NCBI GenBank assembly: GCA_016748015.1
Contig: JAAOMT010000134.1
Location: 626,757 to 690,756, forward strand
Origin: Geosiphon pyriformis uo1
Lineage: Eukaryota; Fungi; Glomeromycota
Direction: 5' to 3'
Length of the DNA stretch: 64,000 bases
Shown: positions 1-14,100 of the stretch, piece by piece
Layout: every line of letters starts with the position of its first letter
Position numbering within the stretch: position 1 is the first letter of the stretch
Translations under genes and position numbers: made by a program
Notes under the pieces: model-generated
What the model was told of the DNA's origin: nothing
Seen by the model: only the letters and a program-made list of their open reading frames with translations
The model's database searches: none

Positions 1-3000
1 AAGCAAATTATCTGCCAAAATCTTAAAACCAGAACCAATTTCCCAATGTACATGATAAATAAATTTAAAAATATTACAAACAAAATGTCTAGAATTACCA
101 AAAACAATACTACTATCAGCCATAATACAGTGTCTTCTCAAATAGGGGAGAAAGTACCAATTAGAAAGAGAAATAGCAGCAGCAAGAGCATCAGCATGTT
201 CATTCTCCAAAATACCTAAGTAATTTTTCACCTTATGCCATTTGATTCTCAAATTCTTGCTATGAACAATATCCATAATGTGCTAACATTCCACTTAACA
301 CTGATTATGAAAATCCAGACATGCCAATCACAATTCTGACTTGCATGCATCTAAAACAGCCTAATTATTAAAAAATAAGCAAACTGAACTAAAAGAGAGA
401 ACACACTTAAAGACCAATACAATAGCCTATAACTCTGTTAAAATAGAGGACATCAAGCCAGAAACCCCAACACCCAAACCCAAGTTAATGTTATCAAAAA
501 AAACTGCAGTGCCAGCTCTTACATTCATGGTGCCCAAGTCTTTAAAGACTTATCTATGTAGACAAACAAATTACCAAAATCAATACAAGACAGTTGACTA
601 CTAATCGACTCAAATTTATGAGACATAAGAACATTCAAAGGACCAACACCACCTCCAGAAAAAGAAGAATAAACAAAAAAAGAAGTTGAATCATTGAGGA
701 AGACAACAAAAAGATTGAACTAATTAGGAATAGAGCTATGAGAATCCAACTTTTTTTACTATTTGAAAGTTTTTCAATTAAAAATATTATCAATATAATC
801 ACAAAGCTGATTTATGAAGGCAATACCATAACATTGAAATAAAAGGAGAAGCTTGAAAAATTTGAACTCACCAAAAACAGTTGACATAGACACTCCATCT
901 CAAAAACAAAAAGAATTGTACATAAAACCACTTAGGAACAGATTGTAATTAAGAAAAATATAAACCACTTCTGCCAAAAAGTTATTAGAAGGATTGACAT
1001 AAATATAAACCAGAAAACTCAAAAAATAAATAAGGCACCAACACAAAACTTGCAAGTCATGAGACCTGTAAGAAAACAAATAACCCAAAATACTACTAGA
1101 GTTTGCAAAACTCATAAGCAATACCAATTTATTTTCAGATTGAATCTGCTTAAAAGTCTTTAAACCATAAAAAAAAGAGTAATAGATTGTATTACTTGGG
1201 AAATCAAGAGGCAGACCAGATTTTAATTTCAGATTTTTATGAATTAAAACATTTTACTTATTGTATACACTAATAAAAATAAAGCTGAATTGCATTCTGT
1301 AGCTGATAATAGGATAGAAAATAGTTAACACCAAATATAAAAACTGCTTATCTGAGATGGCTTTTTTTAGTACAAGATTGGTAAAAAAATGAACATTAGA
1401 ATTTGTCTTGGCCAAGCTAGACTTCAAAAGACCCTTAGTTGACAAAAAAATATCCAAGTATCAATAAAATTCTCCTTTTTTGGCAATAAAAATAGACAAG
1501 CCACTAATGAACAAAGTAAAACTGGCAACTTTGCAATTAATAGGGATGGTCACAGTCTTGTTAGTATTAATAGAGATGTTATTGATCTGAAAAAATTCAC
1601 TGGCAACATTAAAAATATGTTGGGTGGCACTTTGACTACTATCAATCCAAATTGTATTATTGATAAAAGCTCCAGCTATGAAAAAGAAGAACAATCCAGT
1701 CCTAGATTTTATATGACCATTTTTTGAAATGAAGTAAGAATTTAACTTATACTTATACATACTTTCCTGTCTTTTGACTTCACAAAGAAAGAAATTGTAA
1801 AATATACACTAAAAAAGAGGTGAAAAAATCTCACTCTAATCTAAATTACCATACACATAATAACCACCTGTCAAACTGAAGTTAGTTATAACTCTGTTGA
1901 TGCAATTACTGTAAATACTACTGAAAAAACAAATGAACTTGCTACATATTTTAATCCTAATTAAGTATTTCTTAAGATGTTTTTAACCAACAGAATTATA
2001 AGTCTTTTGTATGTCTTGCAAAACCAGCCAAAGTTCACAGTTCTTTTTTAAAGTATTTTCTATTACAAAACTGACTGCATAAATAGAAGATTATGTAATC
2101 ATACTTTTTAAAACTGAAAAATTGTCCCTATAAAGAACATTAAAGATACTGCATGCCAATGAAATTCTATCAAACAGAATTTTGGAGAGAATTTTACAAG
2201 CAGTCTTAATTAGAGTGATAGAATAAGTATTTATAAGAACATTCTCCCAATCATATGGCTTGGAAATCATTGAGATCCAAGCCTCTTTTCAAAAACTGGG
2301 CACAGATTTGTGAGACAAACAAGTGTTCAAAAGTGCCAGAAACATATCTAGAACTGATTTGTTACAATATTTTTAAAGCTTATTTGGAATACCAAAAAAA
2401 CCAGCAGCTTTGCCATCAGACAAATTGGAAATCACACAGAACAATTCATCAAAGCCAACCAGACATATTACATCTAAGAAAACATCATTAAAAACATGTT
2501 CTAATAGCTTGTATTAATAAGATCAGTTACCAGAGATATCAAAAACTACTACATGTTTTTTAGTCTATCTCTTCATAATTACATTCATCTTGGTTTTAAC
2601 CAGATTAGGTTCCAGAATCAATTTATTATCAATGACTAGATAATTCAATTTCACTTTACAGAAAAAACATTCTAATACATTCTTAATAGTATAACCTTTA
2701 TTAGAAACAAAACTTTCTATCTGCTTATCAATAACAGACATAATACTTAATTTTTTAGTTTTTAAAAATTTAGCAAGCTTAAAAACATAATAAGTCTTTT
2801 TTATGTTAAAAAGAGTGGATCTCACATGATCAAAACTTGTATCAGACTTCAAAAGAACTTAAATAGTCAAAGCTTTATCAAAGTCTAAAACCATTCAGCT
2901 GCTCATTAAAGACACAAACCTATTATTACCTTCTACATGAGAGGCCTTAACAATTCTAGAAACTAAAATCTTTAGTTTGTAAAATTTAGAAGAGTTCTTG

Positions 3001-3300
3001 GTAAAGACACTATTAAAGCTCTTGAATCATTTTTTTTCAAATGTTTCTCCTGCCAAAAAAATCATTACTTTGCAAATAACATTCTTCATAGAATCTATAT
3101 TCAAGAACTTATTAGAAAAAATAAACTTATTAGAGAACAAGACTATATTAGCTATCATAGCATTCTTAAAATTAGTCTATTTAGTCTTATCAACAATTTT
3201 AATGTCAAATTTCTAATAGTTTTTATTAGTCTGTATGTGCAAAAGATTCAGCTGTACATTTAACAAGCCACTTAAACCAATAGAAACAGAAATAACATAG

Positions 3301-4109
3301 TGTTACTTATAAAATATAAGAATTATATTAACATATAAATTAGCCAATTAGAGATAAATATAGTAAGTAGAGAATTCTAGGATTCTTTTTAAAGGAATTA
3401 CAGAATTCTCATATAAAGAATTGCAAAATTCCAGAAATTGCAAAATTCCTGGTACAAAAAATTGAGAAATTGAAGAATCTTAATTATGTATATATAGTAA
3501 TAGCATTAAAAGCAGAAAAAGGACATATAAGTTCTATTTCCTAGTTAACATCCACATATTTATATTATCAATAAATATACTTATTAATTATATTAATTTG
3601 GTTGTCCATTATCAATACTTTATATTAATAGTAATCCATACTTGACTATACTGGAACAATAGCTCTTGATTATGACTATTGATAAGATACTAATTTAATT
3701 GTCTTGGCTTTATTTTCTGTATTTCTTTTAGTTTCTTTATTTTCTTTTGTTGTTTTTGTTGTTTATTAATTGATTAAGAATTAAACACTAAGTTATTGAC
3801 ATTAAGAATAGCCTGGTAAAAGATCCAGAAATAAGAGTAAGGAACTTGAAAATTGAGAATAACTTATTAAAAGAACATGACTGCCAGAATAAACTGGCCA
3901 CCACATTAAAAAAAAAAATTTGATAGAATTGTGATTCCAGAAGGCTACTAATAAAACCAACTATTAAATTTCTGTCTATTATACAAAAAACTCAAACCCA
4001 AAATCTTTAGATCACAAAAATCTTCAGATATTACCAACTATATTAGTTTTTAAGCACCAAGTTACAGGTTTGTTATTTGATTTAAGATCCCAAATAACCA
4101 TCTGTAACA
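3301..4109. mobile_element. Solo LTR (family B, 809 bp) inserted in the LINE endonuclease region
   Basis: Termini TGTTAC...GTAACA form a perfect 6-bp inverted repeat. Removing the insert plus 4 bp restores the register D-Y-x-V-I-S-V-S-I-G-L, matching DHKAVMVSVGL of copy 2. Flanks ATAG/AAGG are a degraded 4-bp TSD. Confidence 0.75.
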
Positions 4110-5257
4110 AAGGTAATCTGAGTCAAAGTAATCATTAATATCCTGAATCTTATAATTTACTATTGTATTAACCAAATTCAAAGAAACAAACATGTAATCA
4201 ATTGTTCTAAACACACCTCTGAAGTTTTTCCACATAGACAATCTTGTAAGCAAACTTCTAATCAATGAATTGACCAACCCAAATCAAAGCACATCTTAAA
4301 ACTGGCACACTTATAAGAACTATTTTCATTGAAATTGCCATCCAGAACAATAAAAAAAAACTTATTTACATCTTTTACAACTAAAAAATTGATTTTACCA
4401 GCTTGAAAAAATCAAACCACCAAAAAAACACTAGCATAAAACCTCAAGATCGAAACAGAAAGTTTATTTTTGAAAAGTAACTTGATAAAAAAAAACCAAT
4501 CAGACACCTTAGAAATTTTACATATATGTCTCACCAAAAAAAAATTCATGACAATTACTACACTAGCACTCAGATAACCAGAATTTAGATCAGAAGTAAA
4601 CACCCAAACACCATCAAATTTGTTGACAATCTATAAGTAAACCTTCTCTCTTAGCTTTGTTTCTGTAAAAATAGAAATTAAATTGTTTATGTCTTTGTGC
4701 CAACAAATAATATTAACCTGTTTTGTAAGATTGTTCATTCCTTTAATATTGCAGTAGCAATTTTCTACACCAGTCTATTTATTGAGAAAGAGATTTAGGA
4801 AGTGTATCACAAGCCAAAGCCAAACTGTTGAAACATGCCAACAAACTCAGCACTGAAACAGCAAGTTTTTTCAGTATGTTTTTCAAATGCACCATATTAG
4901 AAAGGGCAAAAGAGTCCAAAATCATAACAGTCTTATTACTAGTAGCCTTACCTAAGCCCTCTCCCATCATTACATTACCCACTTGATCCTGTGATAAGGA
5001 GGTTACTAATAGTTAACATCTAGGACTAAATTAGAAAACTGTTGACACAAGTAATTCTAACCTCTTAGCCAACTTACTGATTTGTTTTGCAAGATTGGTA
5101 AGACTGCTTTTAATGTTCATTAAATGCAATTCCAACTTATTGACAACAAGCAAAGGGAGTTTTACTTTTAAAGAGGAACCAGAATAAGCCAAATTATTAT
5201 GTGCAGAGAGAGGAGGGAAAGAAAACCCACCAATAATCTTTGCCCAAGAAACACCAC

Positions 5258-6261
5258 TGTTATCAGAGATTTTTGGTCTCTTTTCTTGAATGTTGTTTAA
5301 TGTGTGTTTGTTGTAAATTCACATTTTTTAGAAGTAGTTGAACCTTCAATAATTGAATTTATTTTCAAATTATCTCCTATAATTTGAACTGCTAAACTTA
5401 TGAATAGAATGGCCAATTCCATGCCAGTTACTTTATGTAGTTATATTGTAGTAAACATCAACTTTTTTCCAGAAATTGCTCATCTGGAAGCTTATTAAAA
5501 ATGTGTAGTTACTTTGCTGTGAAAGTCAACTCTTCTACAGAAATTTTGTTTGTAAGCTATCCTAATGATTATAATAAGAAAATAAAAATAAAAATAAAAG
5601 AAATGTAAAAATAAAATAAAAATAAAAGAAATGTAAAAGAAAAATAGAATTGTGTCAAGAAAAACGTTTTCTATTCAGGCCTGGAGTCACTAACAAATTA
5701 CTGAAATTGGTAGCTAATCAATTTCAAAATGTTAGTTATGTTGCGGAAATTTCAAGTATAATAATTTAAGAATTTGGTTTTCGAATATTTAATTTTTATT
5801 TGAGATGTGTAAAAAGTAATTTGTTCTAATTAAGATATCTAAAGTAAGATACTATGGTAAGATACTATAAGAAGATACATTTTCTTGAAAAGAGAAGCTC
5901 TTTTTTTATACAACTTGTTGTAGTACTAGTCTTTGAATTTGCACTTTTCTCTTTGCTACAATTTGGGTAAACTAAAGATACATTTTGGCAAGCTACAAAT
6001 TATTTTACTGAACTATTGATTATTTCGGCCAATTTTTGTTAATTTCGGCAAATTTTGACTATGTTAAATGGTTCAGAGTATTGTGTAATTTGATTATCTT
6101 AATTTTTATGATACAAATCGGATTATTGATTGAGTAATGATATTTGATAATTTGATTAAATAATAAGTGATATTTGAAATATTAATAATATATACTAATT
6201 AATAATAGAAATTATGAGGGTAATTTCATGCTAATTAATAGCTGAAATTCTACTGGTAATA
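5258..6261 (-). mobile_element. Solo LTR (family A, ~1.0 kb) inserted in LINE ORF1
   Basis: Termini TGTTATCAG...CTGGTAATA. Homologous in reverse orientation to both LTRs of the element at 54978-60522. TSD CCAC/CTAT; removal restores ORF1 'SFGGVSWAKI'. Confidence 0.85.
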
Positions 6262-8150
6262 CTATCAAAAGAGACAAAATGAGCAATAGAAGCTGAATGC
6301 TTGGCATAGATAAAAACCAGCCTGTTTTTATCCTTCTTAAATAGCATCTTATAATAAGAAGTACTAAAAAAAATTTTCTCACCAGAAATACAGTCCAATA
6401 ACATGTGACCCAATTTTCTATATTTAATATATTTGGCAGAGTCCAACTGAAATCAGCATAGATTGGCATTTTGTAACATTAATGTAGTTCTCATAACTGC
6501 ATCCAGAAAAGCCACAGAATTAAAACAAACAATTGCACATCTGGTCTAAGCATAAGTAACTGGATAACAGTTGATAATACAGGTTTTTTTACTCACTGAG
6601 CTGACATAATTCCAAATATCATGTGTATTGGTCCTTAAAAACAAAGTGTAAAGCAATGCCCTATGATTATCTCTTTCATCCCAAGATTTCTTGTTCTTAT
6701 TAGATCTAACAACATGCATGATATTTTTTTTGATTAGAATAAACCACTTTGCTGCAACCAAATTAACATGATCTGATTGTTTAAATTCAACCACAGCCTT
6801 TTGTCAAAGCTTCACCAACTGTATTTTGATCAACTTAATTATTTCAAACTCAGATAGCACAGTGCACACAGTCTCAGCCAATATTCTAACAGGAATTTTT
6901 TTTACTATTACAGCCCAATCTGAATGACCAGTAGATTTTTTAAAATTAGTGTTTATTAAAATTTTCACCATCTTTGCTATTTTAGAAGCTTGTGCCAAGC
7001 TCAATTCGAAAGTAAATGTTGCTCTGATAATTTCAGCAAATTTTGAGAGAATAGAGGCTCCTCCAAAATTATTGATTTTTGAAAATAATTTTTTAACTGT
7101 TATCAGCTTTTCTTAAGAAAATTTTCTGGCCATCTTATTTAAATCAATATTTAAAGTAAAAGATTTTCTAACCAAAATGTCAACCAAAATTTTCAAAGAA
7201 GAGAGAAGTTCCAAAGAAGCATCTGAGAAAACTTTGTCATCATTACTACTACTTAAGAAATTAATTTTTTTCAATGGCTTGCCAAATATCTTTTTTGTTT
7301 TAACTCATGAATTTTTAGGAGTCTAATCAAGATTCTCTTTAGCAATAACACTACTTTTACCACAATCAAAACTGGTTTCTTTTACTAAACACTCTTTTTT
7401 TATATCAATACTATCAGACTTAGTGGTGTTACCAGCCTCTAAACTCTATGAACAAATACTTTGCACTTTTGTTGAATCTTTTTTTTTGCTAATACTATTT
7501 TTTAAAACACCACTTTTTCTCTTTTTTCTTGACACAACAGATTTAAAACCATTACCAGAGCCAGAATCTTTAATAGTTTTCTTCATAACAGCAATACTAA
7601 AGCCAACAATAGCTTCATAGTCAAGTAAAAATGGTTTGAATTTATTGTACTAAATGATAAAAAACTTCTCTTAAAAAACTTTTTGACTATTTTTTTGGAA
7701 ATTTAGAACAAAAAAGAAAAATAAGTTTTTTTGTTTGTATTAATAACTAAAATTTTAAAAATAAAAATAAAAATTAAATTTTAACTAATTAATTATACTA
7801 TTTTTAACAAAAAATTGGTTTGTTATAATATTTATCATTAAAATTTAACAATTTACATATAATATTAATTAAAAAAAAAATTATAATTAATTAATTTTAT
7901 TTTAATTTTTGTAATAAAATTCAAAATCTATTATTAATTTTAATAAATATTAATATATTAATAAAATTATTAAAAATATAATTTATTGGTTTTCAATTTT
8001 TTAAAATTAATTAATTATTGATTTTGTTTTAAAATAATTTAAAATAATTAATTAAACTTGTTTATAAATTTATTATAAAAACTAAAAAAAATTGTTATTA
8101 AATTAACAATTTTTGTTTATATTATAAAAACTTAATTATATTATTTTTTA

Positions 8151-11100
8151 TTTTTTTTTTATTACCACATTTTACGAGTGAAGTTCAATCACTATCTAGT
8201 ATATAGAGCCAAACTAAGTGACCCAAACTAAACCCGATTCACATACTTACCACATGTGGCTAGCCACTCAGGCCAGACAAGACAACTCTACACACTTATA
8301 CAAACCCATACACAACCACCTAAACCAGAAAAAAAGGGACTAATTTTATGAGAACCAAAACTAACAGTGAAAAATTCAACTATACCAAGCAATCTGACTA
8401 CACTATTAGACAACACCAGAAATGCACTTTGAGACAGCCCAGAAATTACACCATCATTGTGAACCAAACCAGTCTTCTTTATCTCCACTTTGTATACAGA
8501 TCTTCCCAATTATGCTTTAGTTCAATACAATTCTGTAATAAACCTCACATATCCAACAATCCTAACAGCAGCCTTTCTTTTATTCTTAAAAACACTAAAG
8601 TCTCCTCATATTACTTCTTCAGCATGAACTCTTTGCACACCACTGCATACAAGTTAACATCCAAAAAGCATTAAGAGAGAACTCACAAAACAGCAGAAAC
8701 AGACAAATTATGAGTGTTAGCCAAAGCAGTCCAATGCATAGAAGCCTCAGCCAGAATCTCACTGCAAACCTCGGCATTCTGAGTGCAAGTAAAAGCATGA
8801 TCCAAAAACTCCACATCATTGCACAACAGACATAGCACACCAGAATAACTCTTATTATACAGTTTTTTCTGACTGCAACTGGAAGTCACCCATGTACAGT
8901 TTTCATCAAATATGTACACAACTTAAAAGATTTCCAGCTGGTAAACCCAATAAGCATATGGAAATCAGGATGTTATATCTTTGCAGTGACAATTCAGTTT
9001 ACACATCCAATCAACACTTCTGGAATCACACTACAGTCAGGACCAGCCTCCTAGTAAGCATGACAAATAGACTGAAATATATTTCTGACAAAATGACAAG
9101 CATTGCCAAACACAGCCATGTTATCAACTACCAAAAAATGTTTCAACACTTCTACCTGTAATAAAAACAAAGATTGCACAGCCACTCCAGCCGCAAAATC
9201 AGTTTTTTTATTACCAGAAATCTCAGAATGTTTTTTAACCTTAATCCAGTTTACAGTAAGATCTTTATCTCTAATCAAATTAAAAATGTGATGTCTCTCA
9301 ATCCAATATTGATTATAAAAATCAGGAGCAGCAAATGCCAACTCCAATAAACATGCATCAATAACAGCTTGGCTGTCAAAGTGAACTTTCACAGTACTAA
9401 AAAACAGAACACACTCCAAAGACAAAGCAATAGTCTGCAACTCAGCCATAGTAAAAGACAAAAAACCATGAATTGCAATGTCAACACTCTAATTCAGGAC
9501 CAGAAAGTATGCAGCTGCACCACTAGTGACTTTAGCAAAACCAGCATTCTTCAATGAACTATCTATATACATATCAAAGTGATCAAACCAAACCTTATGC
9601 AAATCATTTCTTATAGAAGACAACATATTAGACTGCAAAATGTCCAAGCCACATGACTGATTTGAGACAGTGTAGTCAGACAAAAAAGAACTCTGATCTA
9701 TCAAAAACTCAGATACAATCCTAAACTAACAAGGAAAGCCTCTCAGATCCAATTTTTTCTAATGTTAAAATGTCTTCCAATCCAATACACTATCCTTCTT
9801 ATCAAGAAGTCAATTATTAAAAGCAATTCCGAAGTGTTTTAGAGAACAAATGGAATCAAAATACAAAGTTTTCCTAAGGATCAGTAACATTAAGAAATGA
9901 CTAAGACTACAAAAAGCATTGGAGAGACTATTAACCAAAAAAAGCTCATTGTCCAAAAAAATCTTTACCAAACCAGCCAAGAAATTGTTTACTGAACTAA
10001 TGTGTAATTTGACAGAAAATTGCAAAGGGTCCAAGAAAGCCCACCCTAAAACTTGCAAGTCTAAAAATCTATGATTAAACAACTGCCCAAGAATGCCAGA
10101 GGCATTAGAAAAGGGGATCAAAAAAGCCATTTTCCCTTTTGATTGCACTTGCTCAAAAGACTTTAAGTCATACAAGAAGAGATAATGCAAAGCCACATTG
10201 AGAAAATTATGAAGCAGACAAGCCTTAAGCCTGAGATTCTTCTTAATCATGACATCCCATTTGTGACACATATTCGATGAAACAAAACTGAACTGAGTCC
10301 AATAACTAATAATAGCCTGTAAGACAGCTGACACCAAATAAGAAAATTGTTTATTCATAATAGTCTTCCTGAGAACAATATTAACAAAGAACCTAACATC
10401 AGAATGGGCTTTTACAACACTGGGCTTGGACAGCCCCTTGGTAAACAAAAAAATACCCAGATAGTAATGTGTTTCATCTTTTTTGGCAATCAAAATTGGC
10501 TGCTCACTAATACTCAAAGAAGCAACTTTAATGCCCTGATTAATAGAAATGACCACTGTTTTTTTATTGTTAATAGAAATATCATTAATATCAAAAAATT
10601 CACTGGCAATGTCCAGAGCATATTGAGTAGCAATCTAACAGTTTCCAATCCAAATTGTGTCATCAACAAATACACCAGCTGCAAAATAAAAAGTTATTCT
10701 ACCACCATTCTCAATTCTGCCTGTTTTTAAGACAAACTTGGTATTGATCCAGTACTCACACAATTGCTTATGTCTCTTAACTTCATACAGAAGTGGATTA
10801 TAAAAGATTCTTTAAAGAAAGAGTGAAAAGACTTCATTTTGATCTAATTTATCATGCACTCTATAGCCATCTAACAAGCCAAAATTAATTATTACTCTGT
10901 TGATCCTGTTTTCATGTATATTACCAAAAAAACTAATAAACCTGTCACACATTTTGATTCAACACAAGCTGACTCTCAAGTAGTGCCAACTAACCAAATT
11001 ATATGCTTTGTGCATATCTTACAAGACTAATCAAAATTCCCTATTCTTTTTCAAAGCATCTTTTACTACTGACCCAATAGCAAACACAGGAAATTGAGTG

Positions 11101-14100
11101 GATGTACTTTTTAAAACCAAAAAGTTGTCACTTTGAAGGACACCAAATCTACTGTACACAAATAAAATCCAATCAGAAAAAATCTTGAAAAGAATTTTCT
11201 TTGTCATTTTTAGCAGAGCAATAGGTCAAGTATTTGTCAAAACTTTATCTCAATCATAATGTTTTGGAATCATCAAGATCCAAGTTCTCTTCCACAAAAC
11301 AGGAACACCCTCAGAAAACAAACAAGAATTTAACAATCCCAAGAGACACTTCAACATCTTATCTCTACCATGTTTTCAAAGTTTATTGAGAATACCAAAT
11401 AAACCAGCCATTTTGCCATCCAGCAGACTGCTGACAACCAATTAAAACTTCTCCATGCTGATTCTTTCCATTATGCCAGAAAAAACATTATTATTGATAT
11501 AATCCAATGGTGCATATTGACAAGCCCAATGATCAGGCACCACCAAAAGCACTACCTGTTTTCTAGTTCAACCTTCTATAATCTTATTAACACTAAGCAA
11601 CACCTCTTTAGGGTCCAGAACCAACTTATTATCCACTACCAAATAATCCAAAACCACTTTACAAAAAGGCTTATCCAAAATACTTTTTATTATGCCACCT
11701 TTATTCGAACAAAAGCTTTCCATACACTTCTCAATGGCCTTCTTAATAGATGCTTTCTTAGCCAACTTTGACTCATAAAGCTTGGATCTTTTGTATTTTT
11801 TTCGAACCATTGACAGTTGTTTAAAAACATCCATTGATTTTTCATTCCTTTGAATCATATCCAAAACCCTATAAGTCTCATTGTAGTCCAGAGTAGACCA
11901 CTTTTTAGCAAGATGCCTAAATTCAAGCATGTTACCAGATCCCAGCTTTTTAACAATCTTGGCAATTAGCAATTCCAACCCAAAAAACTTTGAGGACTGT
12001 TTGTTATGTAAGCCCTAAAATACACTAACCAATGTCTAGAAAACATCTCATCAATTGCTCTCACTATTACCTTTTCCAACAACTTCCACATTACATCCAG
12101 ATCACCACAGGTTTTCATTACCAAAAACTCACTTCCAACCTTTATCAACCTAACTGAAAAACACTCTCTGAACTTCATTCACTTGGCACTATCCACATCT
12201 TTAATCCCAAACTTCCACTGGTCCTTGTTGGCCTGCTTGCACAAACTGTTCAGACAAATGTTCAAAAACTTACCCAAGCCAACAGACACCATAACAGCCT
12301 TATGATCAGTGTCAAAAAAGTCAGAAACAGAGCCAATTCCATGGCCAGCAACAGCCAAAGACAAATTTTCACTGACAAAAATAAAATTGATAGTTTTCTT
12401 GACTCCTCTTAAATTGCTCCATATAGAAGTCTTAGTCAAATGGTGGCCAGAAAACGAATTGACCAATCTCAAATCTAAACAGAACTTAAAACTTGTGCTC
12501 CTCCCAGACCTGTTTTCATTAAAATTGCCCTCTAAAACCACGAAAGTACTGGTGTTGACAGTCTTTGCAATAAGAGAGTTCACTTCTGAGGCCTGCTTAA
12601 ATCTAGCTTCAAACAAAACACTAGCATACAAACCCAGAACTCTAACTGAGAGCTTGCTCTTGAACAGTAGCCATACCAAAATAACCCAATCAGGAACTTT
12701 TTTTACCTTAGAAACATGATATGCCAAAGAATTGTTCATAATTACAGCCATATTCATACCAAAAAAATCTTTATCCAAACCAGATGTAAAGATTTGTATC
12801 TCCTTAAACTTATTAGCAATTCATGATTTGACACTGGATTTTAACTTAGTTTCTGTTACAAAAAATACTATACTACCCAAATTCATATACCAGTGAACAA
12901 CATTTTTCTATTTGGCAGGGACATTGATATTCTAAACATTACATGTAGCAAATTTCCAAATCAGATCACTTATTAACAGAGGAGATGAGCCAGAAAACCC
13001 AAACCAGTACACAATTAATCCAATTTCACCAATATTAAACATACAGAGGCATCAAGGACCAACAATTTTGATTTCAGACCACCCACTTTGGCAGTTAAAA
13101 CCTTCGAACTGCTTGAATCCAAATCCAAGATTGTATTAGACACCATTAAAGGAGAGAATATAAAAGGCACATGAAGAGCATTTACAACCATGTTCAAACC
13201 CACAACCAAACCCAAAAAAACAACAATAGGAGGAGAAAAAGATCCAAAAATGGGCGCCAAGAGCACCAATTTGACCATGCTCAATTTCTTTACAATACTA
13301 GATACTTGATTAGCCAAAAGCTTTAAAAAACATTCCAAAGAAGCCAAACAATCATCAATAGATGAGTCATTGTGAGCAATTGATACACCTTTATTTGCAA
13401 CTAAAACATCAGTAACAAAAGACCAAAGGACCAGAACTATAACCAAGACCTCCAGAAAAAGAAGCAAGTAAAGCCACCTGTGCCCATGTTTTATTACCAA
13501 AAGAAACTGGATGGGTAATTGGAGCTTGCTTCCTCTTATATATGTTAGCCAAGTAAACACGATCCTAAGAATTGATAGACCTTCTCCTATGGCCATTCAA
13601 GTTCCCATTATTTGAGCACACATCAGAAATATGACTCAATTGTTTACACTTGGCACAACAGGCCAGAGAAAAACCAGTCCAGTGCAAATTTACATCCTTA
13701 AAAACCAGCAGCAATATTCTTTAACTTCTTATTATTAAGACAAACTACTGTACTTCTATTATGAACATATGTAACTGGATTATGGCCAATAACACAAGTT
13801 TTTCTACCATATGAAGCCAACAGACCAGAGAGGTCGTAAACAGTGATTTTAACTAGTAATGTATACAATAAAGCCCAATGCTAGTTCTTTGATACCCATG
13901 TTTGTTTATTACTAACCATCTTTGCCATACAAACAAAGTCTTTTTCCATAAGAACAGACTATCTAGCTGCAACCAAATCAATTATCTCAAATAATTCATA
14001 TTCAACCAATGCTTTTTGTTACAGACCAATCAATTGCATCTTGATTAATACAACCTTTCCAAATTTGAAAAAAACAGATTCCACAGCCAATTTGAAAAAA

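Larger units (their letters stand above)
1..7700 (-). mobile_element. Degenerate non-LTR retrotransposon (LINE) copy 1: ORF1 (~4779-7586) and ORF2 (APE endonuclease-RT-RNase H, <1-4782); 3' end lies outside the window; interrupted by two solo LTRs
   Basis: Fragments translate to endonuclease (..CNIKGMNN..ETKL, ~4640-4770), RT (FIAGAFINNTIWI, a decayed AFVDDT; NKTVTIPIN) and RNase H (~170-570). Colinear with copies 2 and 3. Many stops and frameshifts. The 5' boundary is approximate. Confidence 0.9.

Noticed and set aside
8230-8287. tRNA A-box-like TGGCCTGAGTGG or hammerhead-like CTGA core in the LINE 3' UTR
   Set aside because: No B-box or cloverleaf and no CUGAUGA..GAAA core in the other copies; retained only as a generic structured tail.
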